A stretch of DNA of 32,000 bases, from contig NZ_CP011041.1 in the NCBI RefSeq assembly GCF_002310835.1, positions 1,620,001 through 1,652,000 on the forward strand, given 5' to 3'. The stretch is from Pseudoalteromonas tetraodonis (lineage in GTDB: Bacteria; Pseudomonadota; Gammaproteobacteria; Enterobacterales; Alteromonadaceae). A program made the translations under genes and the position numbers. The notes under the pieces were generated by a model. The model searched no databases, had not been told where the DNA came from, and saw nothing but the letters and a program-made list of their open reading frames with translations. Within the stretch, counting starts at the first letter, position 1. The number at the start of each line of letters is the position of its first letter. Shown piece by piece: positions 9,522-18,013 of the stretch.

Positions 9522-9578
9522 GCACGCGGTATTATTTTAATTTACTAACCAAATAGTTGTTACCGAGGAGGGCACTAA

Positions 9579-10952
9579 ATGCAAGTTGCATTAGTAGGGT
9601 TAGGCGTTATGGGGAAAAATCTTGCCCTGAACTTGATTGAAAAAGGGATAACGCTTGTCGCTTATGACAAAAACCCAAATGCGGGTGAAGAATTACTAAG
9701 TTGTGCTAAATCACAAGGCATGGCTGATAAACTTCACATTGTCTCTGATCTAGGGGATATGGTTAGGCGTTTAGAAGCACCGCGTTCTATTTTATTACTT
9801 GTGCCTGCTGGCGAGTTAGTTGATGCGGTTTGCAACGAGCTTATTGAAGCGGGTGTTCAGTGTAGTGATATTATTGTTGATTGTGGTAACAGTAATTATA
9901 AAGACGGTATTAACCGTAAGCTCAAATACCAAGATAAGTTTGAATTTGCCACTATGGGTATTTCAGGCGGTGCCGAGGGTGCACGTCACGGTCCAGCTAT
10001 GATGGCCAGTGGTTCTGAAGGTGGCTGGGAGCGTGTCGAGCCATGGTTTACAAAGGTTGCTGCAAGCTATAAAGGCGAGTCGTGTTTTGCGCGTGTGGGC
10101 CAGTCAGCTAGCGGCCATTTTGTAAAAATGGTTCATAATGGAATTGAATACGCACTCATGCAACTGATTGCAGAAATGTATCAGCTATTGCGTCACGGCA
10201 CTAATCGCTCACCTAAAGAAATTGCAGAGATATTTAACGAATGGTCTCAAGGGCAGCTAAATAGCTATTTACTGTCAATCTCAAGCCATATTTTATCACT
10301 TGAAAATTCGCATAATGTGCCGCTTGTAGATTTAATTGACAATAAAGTAGGCGCAAAAGGCACCGGTTTATGGACAGCACAAAACGCCCTTGAATTAGGT
10401 ATTGCGGTACCGTCGCTAGTGGCTGCTGTACAAGCTCGTCATTTAACCAATGCGTGTAATACCACTGCCGCACAAGAAATGACATACAGCGCACAAAATA
10501 CCACGCAAGTTGATATTGATTTAGATGAATTAAAAGATGCGTTTACCCTTGCGAGCCTATTGGCATACCGTCAAGGACTTGCATTAATTAAAGGCGCTTC
10601 ACGAACTCATCAATGGAAAGTTGATTTAGCGAAAACGCTACAAACATGGCGTGCAGGGTGTATTATCCGTGCTGATTATCTAGATAGTGTAGCGCAAGGC
10701 GTTGAGTTTATTGATACGCTTGAAAAAGAGTCATTAGCGATGCGTAAAGTGACTGGCCAAGCCGTTATGACGGGTCTGGCGTTTCCTGTGCTTAGTGCAA
10801 CACAAACCTACTTAGCAACGTTAACAACACCAAGTAATGGGCACTTAGTTCAAGCCCAGCGTGATTACTTTGGTGAGCATGGCATTAAAACCCACAGTGG
10901 TGAAACGTGTCATTTAACTGACTTAGTTGATATTGACGCAAAAGTTCGTTAA
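9579..10952 (+). CDS. gnd: 6-phosphogluconate dehydrogenase (decarboxylating)
   Basis: 457 aa. NADP Rossmann motif VGLGVMGKNLALN, plus HFVKMVHNGIEYALMQLIAE, KGTGLWT and QAQRDYFGEH, all colinear with E. coli Gnd. Strong GAGGAGG RBS. Confidence 0.92.
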   Translation: MQVALVGLGVMGKNLALNLIEKGITLVAYDKNPNAGEELLSCAKSQGMADKLHIVSDLGDMVRRLEAPRSILLLVPAGELVDAVCNELIEAGVQCSDIIVDCGNSNYKDGINRKLKYQDKFEFATMGISGGAEGARHGPAMMASGSEGGWERVEPWFTKVAASYKGESCFARVGQSASGHFVKMVHNGIEYALMQLIAEMYQLLRHGTNRSPKEIAEIFNEWSQGQLNSYLLSISSHILSLENSHNVPLVDLIDNKVGAKGTGLWTAQNALELGIAVPSLVAAVQARHLTNACNTTAAQEMTYSAQNTTQVDIDLDELKDAFTLASLLAYRQGLALIKGASRTHQWKVDLAKTLQTWRAGCIIRADYLDSVAQGVEFIDTLEKESLAMRKVTGQAVMTGLAFPVLSATQTYLATLTTPSNGHLVQAQRDYFGEHGIKTHSGETCHLTDLVDIDAKVR

Positions 10953-10968
10953 TAAAATCTAAGTAATC

Positions 10969-10997
10969 AAAAAGGACGCTAAGTAGCGTCCTTTTTT
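10969..10997. terminator. bidirectional terminator between gnd and ansA
   Basis: GGACGCT (10974-10980) / AGCGTCC (10985-10991) stem with a 4-nt loop, A5 upstream and T6 downstream. Confidence 0.8.
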
Positions 10998-11018
10998 GTT
11001 ATTCGCTTAACTGATTAC

Positions 11019-12029
11019 TTAACGGGTCAGCTCACCACGCAGGTTATCTTGCATTAAATGGCGAATTGTTTCAATTTCTAGGTTTTGACTAAACAAGTAA
11101 TGCAGCTTAGTTAAGCATGCTTCTAAGGTCATATCGTAACCGCTGATCACGCCTATGTTTAACAGCGCATTACCCGTGGCATAACCGCCCATGTTCACTT
11201 GGCCTTTTAAACATTGGGTTAAATTAGTAATAATAACACCCCGTTTACTTGCTTCATCCAGAATATCTAAAAACTCAGGGTCTTGTGGCGCATTGCCTAC
11301 GCCAAAGCTTAGCAGTACGAGGGCTTTAATATTGCCATTAACTAAGCTTTTTACTACTTCTTTGCTGATCCCTGGGTATAAATACAGCACGCCAATAGCT
11401 TGCGGTGTAATAGGGGTAACTTGGAGTTCATTTTCTACATACGGGCTTAATTGCCCTTTGATCAGCTGAATATTAATACCTGAAAGCGCAAGCGGCTCTA
11501 AGTTAGGTGAGGCGAATGCATCAAACCCATCTGCATGGGCTTTGGTGGCACGATTACCTCTGAACAACTGATTATTAAAAAATAAGCTGACTTCTGCAAT
11601 TGGGTAGTTAGCCGCTAAATACATGGCATTAAGTAGGTTAACTTGACCATCAGAGCGTAATTGAGACAGCGGAATTTGTGAGCCGGTCACAATAATAGGT
11701 TTAGTTAAGTTTTCAAACATAAACGACAGAGCTGATGCAGTATAGGCCATAGTGTCAGTACCATGCAGTACCACAAAGCCATCGTAATCTTGGTATTTAC
11801 TTTTTATGTCATCGGCGATGAGTTGCCAATGAGCAGGTGACATATCTGAAGAATCTATAAGCGGGCAGTATTCATGAATATCAAATAATGGCATTTCTTC
11901 ACGATTAAACTCTGCGTTATTAACCACGGTTTCGGTTAAAAACCCTTCAGCAGGAATATAGCCGCGAATTGATTTTTTCATTCCTATGGTACCGCCAGTG
12001 TAAGCGATATAAATGCGTTTACGTTTCAT
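11019..12029 (-). CDS. ansA: cytoplasmic L-asparaginase I
   Basis: 336 aa. IYIAYTGGTIGM (catalytic Thr motif) and VVLHGTDTMAYTASALSF are colinear with E. coli AnsA. Confidence 0.92.
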   Translation of the reverse strand: MKRKRIYIAYTGGTIGMKKSIRGYIPAEGFLTETVVNNAEFNREEMPLFDIHEYCPLIDSSDMSPAHWQLIADDIKSKYQDYDGFVVLHGTDTMAYTASALSFMFENLTKPIIVTGSQIPLSQLRSDGQVNLLNAMYLAANYPIAEVSLFFNNQLFRGNRATKAHADGFDAFASPNLEPLALSGINIQLIKGQLSPYVENELQVTPITPQAIGVLYLYPGISKEVVKSLVNGNIKALVLLSFGVGNAPQDPEFLDILDEASKRGVIITNLTQCLKGQVNMGGYATGNALLNIGVISGYDMTLEACLTKLHYLFSQNLEIETIRHLMQDNLRGELTR

Positions 12030-12057
12030 AAAAAAAGCCCAGTAAAAAAACTGGGCT
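12030..12057 (-). terminator. sppA terminator hairpin abutting the ansA start codon
   Basis: On the minus strand: AGCCCAGT, 6-nt loop, ACTGGGCT, then T6 immediately followed by the ansA ATG (12029). Confidence 0.65.
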
Positions 12058-12099
12058 TAGTATAACGCTAACTGCTAATCAATACAGCCTGTTAAGGCA

Positions 12100-13965
12100 C
12101 TATTGTGCAACTGTACACTCTAAACAGCGGGCATAAACACCTTGTGGATCGTTATAATCTTTTAGGTTTTCTACTTCACTGCTTAATTGTTTAATAACAC
12201 TTTGCAGATTAGCTTGGCTGGCTAATACTGCTGTTTTTTGTGTTTCAAGCCCAAGTACTGATTTAACGGCGGCACTGCCGAAAATATCTTGAAGCATTTT
12301 TTCTTGTGGGCTAAGCGATTGCTTAATTGTTTTAACGTCATAGTAGTTAAGCTTTGCAAGCTCTGCAGCTGCTTTAATCGCATCTTGTTTATTACCAAGT
12401 TTATCAACTAAACCAAGCTCTTGAGCTTGAGAGGCAATCCATACCCGACCTTGGGCAATTTTATCAACTTGCTCTGGGGTCATATTACGTGCCTCAGCAA
12501 CCACATCTAAAAAGCGTCCATACGCTTCTTCAACACTCATTTGAATAACTTTAGCCATTTTCTCGTTAAGTGGGCGAGTGATTGAAAAACCTGCCAATTC
12601 GGTGGTCGCTACGCCATCTGAATACACGCCTATTTTAGCGAGGGTATCTTCAAATGTCATAAAGGTACCAAATACGCCAATTGAACCGGTAATTGTACTC
12701 GGCGCTGCCCAAATTTCATTGGCCGCCGATGCAATCCAATAACCGCCTGATGCAGCTACTGAGCTCATTGATGCAATAACGGGTTTACCAGCAGCTTTAA
12801 GTGCAAGTACTTCAGCACGAATTACTTCTGAGGCAAACATGCTGCCACCGCCTGAATCTATTCGTAAAACCACCGCTTTAACCTTGTCATCAAGTCGCGC
12901 TTTGCGAAGTAGGGCTGCAGTTGAATCACCACCAATTTCACCAGCACGGCGCTCACCATCAACAATAGTGCCTTTAGCAACCACAACAGCGACTTTTTCA
13001 GTCATAGGGTTATCAAACTCAATAGGCGGTTTTACTAAACTTAAGTATTCACCAAAAGAGACTTGTTTAAATGTTTTTCCATCTTCATTTTCTCCAACCA
13101 ATTCAATTAATTGTTGGCGAATTTGCTGATTGGTTTTTAATGAATCAACCCATTGGTTATCCAGTGCATATTTACCGGCATCACCATTAGCGGCTTGCAT
13201 TTTAGCTAAATAAACATCCATTGTTTCATCAAAGTTTGACTCATCAAAAGGACGTACAGCACTAACGTCTTGCTTATATTCATTCCATAAAGCACCAAGC
13301 CATACACGGTTTGCTTCTTTAGCTGCCTCTGACATATCGTTTCTGATAAACGGTTCAACGGCCGATTTAAAGGTACCTACACGGAATATATGCTGAGTGA
13401 CTTCTAATTTTTCTAATGCGTCTTTGAAGTAAAGCGGGTACATACCGTAGCCTTCAATAAGCACACTACCATAAGGATGCATCGCAATTTCGTCTGCATG
13501 CGCGGCAATGTAATATTGTGCTTGGGTGTAGTAATACCCTGAGGCAATCACTTTTTTACCAGTTGCTTTAAATGTTTCAAGTGCCTGTGTAATTTGTTTG
13601 AGCTTATTTAAATGTGCTTTTGGCATTTCTTGTAAATCAAGCAAAATAGCGCTTATACGCGAGTCTTGTGCTGCTTCATTAATTACTTCAACTACATCGT
13701 CGAGCAATATTTCACTGGGTGAGTCAGCACTGGCCGTTGCATCATTAATAGCGGCTTCAACAGGGTCTATATAGGTTTTTTCTTCGACAATAGGGCCATT
13801 AAGGTTAAGTCTAAGAACAGAGCCCTCTTCGACAATAATTTTATCACCGTCACTTGATACCGATACGATAAAAATGACGACCAAAAATAAAAACAATACG
13901 TTGAGTATTAAACGACGTGAGAAGTTGATCCCCGTCCATATACCTTTAAATACCTTTGCTATCAA
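12100..13965 (-). CDS. sppA: signal peptide peptidase SppA, 67K type (protease IV)
   Basis: 621 aa with a TTG start preceded by AAGGAG. N-terminal TM helix and two S49 domains (FRVGTFKSAVEPFIRNDMS; MSSVAASGGYWIA). Colinear with E. coli SppA, including the C-terminal NDPQG.YA.CL.C. Confidence 0.92.
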   Translation of the reverse strand: MIAKVFKGIWTGINFSRRLILNVLFLFLVVIFIVSVSSDGDKIIVEEGSVLRLNLNGPIVEEKTYIDPVEAAINDATASADSPSEILLDDVVEVINEAAQDSRISAILLDLQEMPKAHLNKLKQITQALETFKATGKKVIASGYYYTQAQYYIAAHADEIAMHPYGSVLIEGYGMYPLYFKDALEKLEVTQHIFRVGTFKSAVEPFIRNDMSEAAKEANRVWLGALWNEYKQDVSAVRPFDESNFDETMDVYLAKMQAANGDAGKYALDNQWVDSLKTNQQIRQQLIELVGENEDGKTFKQVSFGEYLSLVKPPIEFDNPMTEKVAVVVAKGTIVDGERRAGEIGGDSTAALLRKARLDDKVKAVVLRIDSGGGSMFASEVIRAEVLALKAAGKPVIASMSSVAASGGYWIASAANEIWAAPSTITGSIGVFGTFMTFEDTLAKIGVYSDGVATTELAGFSITRPLNEKMAKVIQMSVEEAYGRFLDVVAEARNMTPEQVDKIAQGRVWIASQAQELGLVDKLGNKQDAIKAAAELAKLNYYDVKTIKQSLSPQEKMLQDIFGSAAVKSVLGLETQKTAVLASQANLQSVIKQLSSEVENLKDYNDPQGVYARCLECTVAQ

Positions 13966-14080
13966 AATAGCTCCTTAAATTGGTACAGCTAAAACGTTAT
14001 TGCCATCTTAGCGTAGAATATAAATAAATTTAACTGCTAAATCGTAACGAAACATTTATAAATTCAATTACACTTGAGAT

Positions 14081-14094
14081 TAAACACGTGTTTA
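14081..14094. promoter_or_regulatory. perfect 14-bp palindrome TAAACACGTGTTTA (PsrA-like AAAC-N4-GTTT operator candidate)
   Basis: Read directly from the sequence in the sppA-fadH divergent region. It fits the published PsrA half-site pattern (C/G)AAAC-N2-4-GTTT(G/C), apart from the outermost bases. Confidence 0.4.
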
Positions 14095-14257
14095 TTTAAT
14101 AAATAATTACTGAAATTATGGCTGTAGTCACTACTTTTAACTCACGCTATTGGTCAAGATAAACGCAGTCAACAGGTTTTAAGTTAAAAAATTATTAAGT
14201 TTAATCTGCTCATATATTGCTTATTGTTGGTCATTAAAGCAGAATTGACTAAATGCA

Positions 14258-14274
14258 CACAGGTTAGACCAGTT
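14258..14274. promoter_or_regulatory. FadR-like operator candidate
   Basis: The reverse complement reads AACTGGTCTAACCTGTG. This is close to my recollection of the E. coli FadR consensus (A-CTGGTC-GAC-TGTT). It lies directly upstream of the fadH start codon. Confidence 0.45.
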
Positions 14275-14287
14275 ATTGGGGCACAGG

Positions 14288-16249
14288 ATGTTAGAACAAA
14301 AATTAGAACTAAAACACACACAATTACGCAACCGTTTAGTAATGGGATCAATGCATACCGGCCTCGAAGAGGGATGGCATAATCGTAAACGCCTACGTGC
14401 TTTTTATGAAGCACGTGCTAAAGGTGGCACAGCAATGCTCATTACGGGGGGATATAGCCCTAATCTTCGCGGCAAGTTAACGCCTATTTCATCATCATTT
14501 AATAGTTATTATGATGTTTTTAAACACCGTGCTTATACGCAAGCTGTTCATCAACATGGTGGTAAAATTTGCCTGCAGTTATTGCATGCTGGGCGCTATG
14601 CCTATCATCCATTCAATCAAGCCCCAAGTGCGATAAAAGCACCGATCAACCCTTATAAACCTAAGGCTATGTCTTTAAGTTCAATTAAAAAAACCATTAA
14701 AGATTTTGCTCACTCTGCATATTTAGCAGAAAAAGCAGGTTACGATGGCGTTGAGGTGATGGGCTCTGAAGGTTACTTAATTAATGAATTTATGGCACCG
14801 CATACAAACAAACGAGACGATGAGTTTGGTGGCAGTCTTGAAAACAGAATGCGTTTAGCTGTTGAGATTGTAAAAGCAGTAAGAGCTAAAGTTTCAGATA
14901 AATTTCTAATTATTTTTAGACTGTCTGTTATCGATTTAATTCCGAATGGCTCAACTCCTGAGGAAGTAACACAACAAGCTATTGCACTTGAAAAAGCAGG
15001 TGTTGATATTTTTAATACTGGCATTGGTTGGCATGAAGCTCGAGTACCGACAATTGCAAGCATGGTACCCCCAGGCGCATTTAAAGAAGCGTCAAAGCGG
15101 TTGAAAGATGTCATTAGCGTGCCTGTTATTGCCGTAAACCGCATTAATACACCAGAAATTGCCAATGATATTTTAACGGCGGGTGAAGCTGATTTAATCT
15201 CTATGGCGCGTCCTTTACTTGCCGATCCTGAGTTTTTTAATAAATACCAAGCGAAGCGCTCTGACCATATTAATATTTGTATTGGGTGTAATCAGGGCTG
15301 TTTAGACCACGTATTTAAAGGTAAACGTGCCACGTGCTTAGTTAATCCACAAGCGGGTTTTGAACTTGATTACCCTCTAGAAAAAGCCGCAACAGCTAAA
15401 AATGTATTAGTGGTTGGAGCGGGTCCTGCTGGGCTTTCTTCAAGTTGTTACTTAGCGCAAAAAGGTCACAATGTAACGCTTATTGACCAAAAGCAGCATA
15501 TGGGTGGGCAGTTTAATTTGGCCATGCAAATACCAGGTAAAGAAGACTTTAACCATACATTGGCTTACTTTACCAATGAACTTAAGCGTTTAAACGTCAC
15601 TATTGAATTAGGTAAAGCATTTGATGATGGTATGCTAAGCCAGTTTGATGATGTGGTTTTTGCCACGGGTGTAAGGCCACGTGAAGCCTCTATAGAATGT
15701 AGTGATGACAAACGTGTTTTTGCCTACGATGAAGTCATTCGCGGTGAGGTTGAACTTGGTAACTCGATTGCGATTTTAGGCGCAGGCGGTATTGGTTTTG
15801 ATATGGTGGCATTTTTAAGTGAACATAAATCACAAAGTATCAGCGACTTTAAAACCCAGTGGGGAATAGAGTGCGATGCTCAGCCTCACAAAGATGATCG
15901 TCAACTTTATATGCTTAAACGCAGTGAAGGGCGCTTTGGTGGTGATTTAGGTAAAACAACTGGTTGGATACATCGTCAAGTTGCTAAACAACATGGCGTT
16001 AAGCAAATTGCCAATTGCCAATACCATCGTTTTGATAAAAACGGCCTAACTATCAGTGTTGCTGGCGAAACGCAAGTATTGCCAGTTGATACTGTGATTG
16101 CTTGTATTGGCCAAGTGTCTAATGACGAACTATTTAAGGCGCAAGCAGAGAATGCCAAGGTTCATGTTATTGGTGGCGCTAAACTAGCAGCGGCTATTGA
16201 TGCCAAGCGCGCTATACTTGAAGCTTTACAAGTTGCACGCAGTATTTAA
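14288..16249 (+). CDS. fadH: 2,4-dienoyl-CoA reductase (NADPH)
   Basis: OYE-type FMN barrel (NRLVMGSMHTGLEE), 4Fe-4S motif CIGCNQGC and Rossmann motif VVGAGPAGL, colinear with E. coli FadH. The start is either the ATG at 14288 or the ORF-track TTG at 14276. Confidence 0.9.
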   Translation: MLEQKLELKHTQLRNRLVMGSMHTGLEEGWHNRKRLRAFYEARAKGGTAMLITGGYSPNLRGKLTPISSSFNSYYDVFKHRAYTQAVHQHGGKICLQLLHAGRYAYHPFNQAPSAIKAPINPYKPKAMSLSSIKKTIKDFAHSAYLAEKAGYDGVEVMGSEGYLINEFMAPHTNKRDDEFGGSLENRMRLAVEIVKAVRAKVSDKFLIIFRLSVIDLIPNGSTPEEVTQQAIALEKAGVDIFNTGIGWHEARVPTIASMVPPGAFKEASKRLKDVISVPVIAVNRINTPEIANDILTAGEADLISMARPLLADPEFFNKYQAKRSDHINICIGCNQGCLDHVFKGKRATCLVNPQAGFELDYPLEKAATAKNVLVVGAGPAGLSSSCYLAQKGHNVTLIDQKQHMGGQFNLAMQIPGKEDFNHTLAYFTNELKRLNVTIELGKAFDDGMLSQFDDVVFATGVRPREASIECSDDKRVFAYDEVIRGEVELGNSIAILGAGGIGFDMVAFLSEHKSQSISDFKTQWGIECDAQPHKDDRQLYMLKRSEGRFGGDLGKTTGWIHRQVAKQHGVKQIANCQYHRFDKNGLTISVAGETQVLPVDTVIACIGQVSNDELFKAQAENAKVHVIGGAKLAAAIDAKRAILEALQVARSI

Positions 16250-16271
16250 TATGCAATTTAAGTAAGTACAC

Positions 16272-16315
16272 GGGTCTGATTATTTTTTAAAGATAGTTAA
16301 CTTTTAATCAGACCC
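16272..16315 (+). terminator. 11-bp inverted repeat after fadH (terminator-like)
   Basis: GGGTCTGATTA (16272-16282) / TAATCAGACCC (16305-16315) with a 22-nt loop, followed by the T-rich TTATATTGTTGTTTTTT. The large loop makes this atypical. Confidence 0.45.
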
Positions 16316-16643
16316 TTATATTGTTGTTTTTTACCTTACCCCATTCCTTGTATAGCTAATAAAGACGCTATTGCGACTTTCAATGGTGCCTCGGCTACAA
16401 CGCTTAACTGGCAAAATTAAACCTATAAAGCCCCTCATTAGTTCGACCTAATTATTTACACGCAAAAGGCGAGCGCCACTTTGTAATGGCACAAATACAC
16501 GGCTATTTTGGTTGCGATATTATTTGTGTGCTTTTTTAACCTAGGTACTTTCTTGATAAGCAAATAATAACAGCGGGTGCCCATTATATTTTAACCTAAG
16601 GGTTTCAATGGTATGCTATTGTTTTGTCTTTTGAGTAATTATA

Positions 16644-17192
16644 ATGGATGCTATTGAGCTTTTATTAACCCGCCAGTCAGATGCAAAACTGACAGAGCCA
16701 GGCCCTAATGAAGAACAACTAAACATTATTCAGCAGGCTGGGCTCAGAGTTCCCGATCATGGCTGTATTGCGCCTTGGCAATATATTATTGTTCAAGGGG
16801 ATGCACGTCATAAGTTGGGTGAAATTTATTATCAAAGCGCTTTGGCCGAGCAGCAAGCTGAAAAAGTAATTAATCGTGCTAAAGAGTTACCCCTTAGAGC
16901 ACCCATGATCATTATTGCCATTGCAAAATATCAACAACATCCAAAAGTACCAAGAATAGAACAAGTTCAAAGTGCAGGCTGTGGCGTGCTGGCTATGCAA
17001 CAAGCCGCATTTGCACAAGGGCTTGGCGGTATTTGGCGCACAGGTTACTTTGCACAAAGCCCCAGTGTTAAACACGCGCTTAACTTAAACAATGATGATG
17101 AAATAGTGGGTTATTTGTATTTAGGGACGCCAGCAGTTGAGTGTAAAAAGTCACCGCGCCATAAACCAGAAAACTATTTTAGTTTTTTGTAG
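16644..17192 (+). CDS. ydjA: YdjA-type small nitroreductase
   Basis: 182 aa. MDAIELLLTRQS...L.EPGP..EQL..I..AG.R.PDH....PW is colinear with E. coli YdjA (183 aa). E. coli ydjA also neighbours sppA-ansA. Confidence 0.8.
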   Translation: MDAIELLLTRQSDAKLTEPGPNEEQLNIIQQAGLRVPDHGCIAPWQYIIVQGDARHKLGEIYYQSALAEQQAEKVINRAKELPLRAPMIIIAIAKYQQHPKVPRIEQVQSAGCGVLAMQQAAFAQGLGGIWRTGYFAQSPSVKHALNLNNDDEIVGYLYLGTPAVECKKSPRHKPENYFSFL

Positions 17193-17392
17193 CAATAGGA
17201 TGAACTTTTTATATTCAATATAGTCATAATTCATTAAGTTAATCGTGTTACACTACCGCGGTTAATATTGTAGCTGCGAGAAGCGCACGGAAGCACCATA
17301 CGCAATAAATCTTCTTCAGTTTGTTTTTTAATCGGTTGTTTTTTGGTAATGTATGGAAAGTCTTACCAATAATAACGATAAAGAAGACGAAA

Positions 17393-17773
17393 ATGATGGG
17401 AAATTTATTTTTACGTGAAAAAGAAAACTGGTTTGCTTGGTCAATCTGGGGTGTTGTTGGCGCGCTTGCGACATTTTATGTTGCAATGAATACACAAACA
17501 GCTCACTTTATTGCTGCAACTGCGATGGGTGTCCTAGTACTGCTTACATGGTGGATGCAACAGTCTCGACGATTTGATTTTGGCAGAGCCTTTAAAATAT
17601 GCTGCTATGTTCTATTATTCACCGTACTACCTTCGTTTGTGTTAGTTGTGATCCCAAGTGATGATTTAAACCGCTTCGATTTAATATTTCAAAGTATTGC
17701 ATTTTTAACTGCCAGCTTATTGGTGTGTTTAGTATGTTCTTGGATTGCCCGCAGACCTAAACAATATTACTAG
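17393..17773 (+). CDS. small integral membrane protein, function unknown
   Basis: The ORF track gives a TTG start at 17321. The first ATG (MMGNLF...) is at 17393. About 4 hydrophobic helices and no recognisable motif. Confidence 0.45.
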   Translation: MMGNLFLREKENWFAWSIWGVVGALATFYVAMNTQTAHFIAATAMGVLVLLTWWMQQSRRFDFGRAFKICCYVLLFTVLPSFVLVVIPSDDLNRFDLIFQSIAFLTASLLVCLVCSWIARRPKQYY

Positions 17774-17831
17774 GGTTTATGACTATCCTGATTAATATTT
17801 AACTATTTAACCGGTTTTAGTAAAATAGGGC

Positions 17832-17867
17832 TTTACAAGCTAAGCGTATGATCTTATTATGCGCGCC
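17832..17867 (+). promoter_or_regulatory. stable-RNA-type sigma70 promoter for tRNA-Ser
   Basis: TTTACA (17832-17837), 17-nt spacer, TATTAT (17855-17860), then the GC-rich discriminator GCGCGCC (17861-17867) just before the tRNA 5' end. This is the layout typical of stringently controlled promoters. Confidence 0.55.
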
Positions 17868-17871
17868 GTAC

Positions 17872-17962
17872 GGAGAGATGGCAGAGTGGTCGAATGCACC
17901 GGTCTTGAAAACCGGCAGGGGTTTATAGCCCCTCTAGGGTTCAAATCCCTATCTCTCCACCA
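17872..17962 (+). tRNA. tRNA-Ser (anticodon UGA), class II with long variable arm, encoded CCA
   Basis: Folded by hand. Acceptor GGAGAGA/TCTCTCC, D stem GCA/TGC, anticodon stem CCGGT/ACCGG with loop CTTGAAA, variable arm AGGGG/CCCCT, T arm TAGGG-TTCAAAT-CCCTA, 3' ACCA. Confidence 0.9.
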
Positions 17963-17968
17963 TTATTT

Positions 17969-17995
17969 AAAAAACCGCCTTATTGGCGGTTTTTT
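17969..17995 (+). terminator. rho-independent terminator after tRNA-Ser
   Basis: A6-CCGCC (17975-17979) / GGCGG (17985-17989) with a 5-nt loop, then T6. Confidence 0.85.
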
Positions 17996-18013
17996 GCTAT
18001 CTGGAGCTTTATT

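Noticed and set aside
9505-9545. dif-like appearance of GAGTATAATGCACGCGGTATTATTTTAA.
   Set aside because: Aligned by eye against the E. coli dif core (GGTGCGCATAA-TGTATA-TTATGTTAAAT), both arms and the central hexamer match poorly. It is better explained as the gnd -10 region.
14184-14414. 76-aa minus-strand ORF across the fadH start region.
   Set aside because: It overlaps the conserved fadH N-terminus and the FadR-like site. The hydrophobic, low-complexity translation gives no support.
16456-16584. 42-aa basic, Cys-containing minus-strand ORF (MGTRCYYLLIKKVPRLKKH...) in the fadH-ydjA spacer.
   Set aside because: It has no Shine-Dalgarno sequence, overlaps the hairpin/T-run element and falls below any supportable coding threshold. 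I kept only the non-coding RNA hypothesis.
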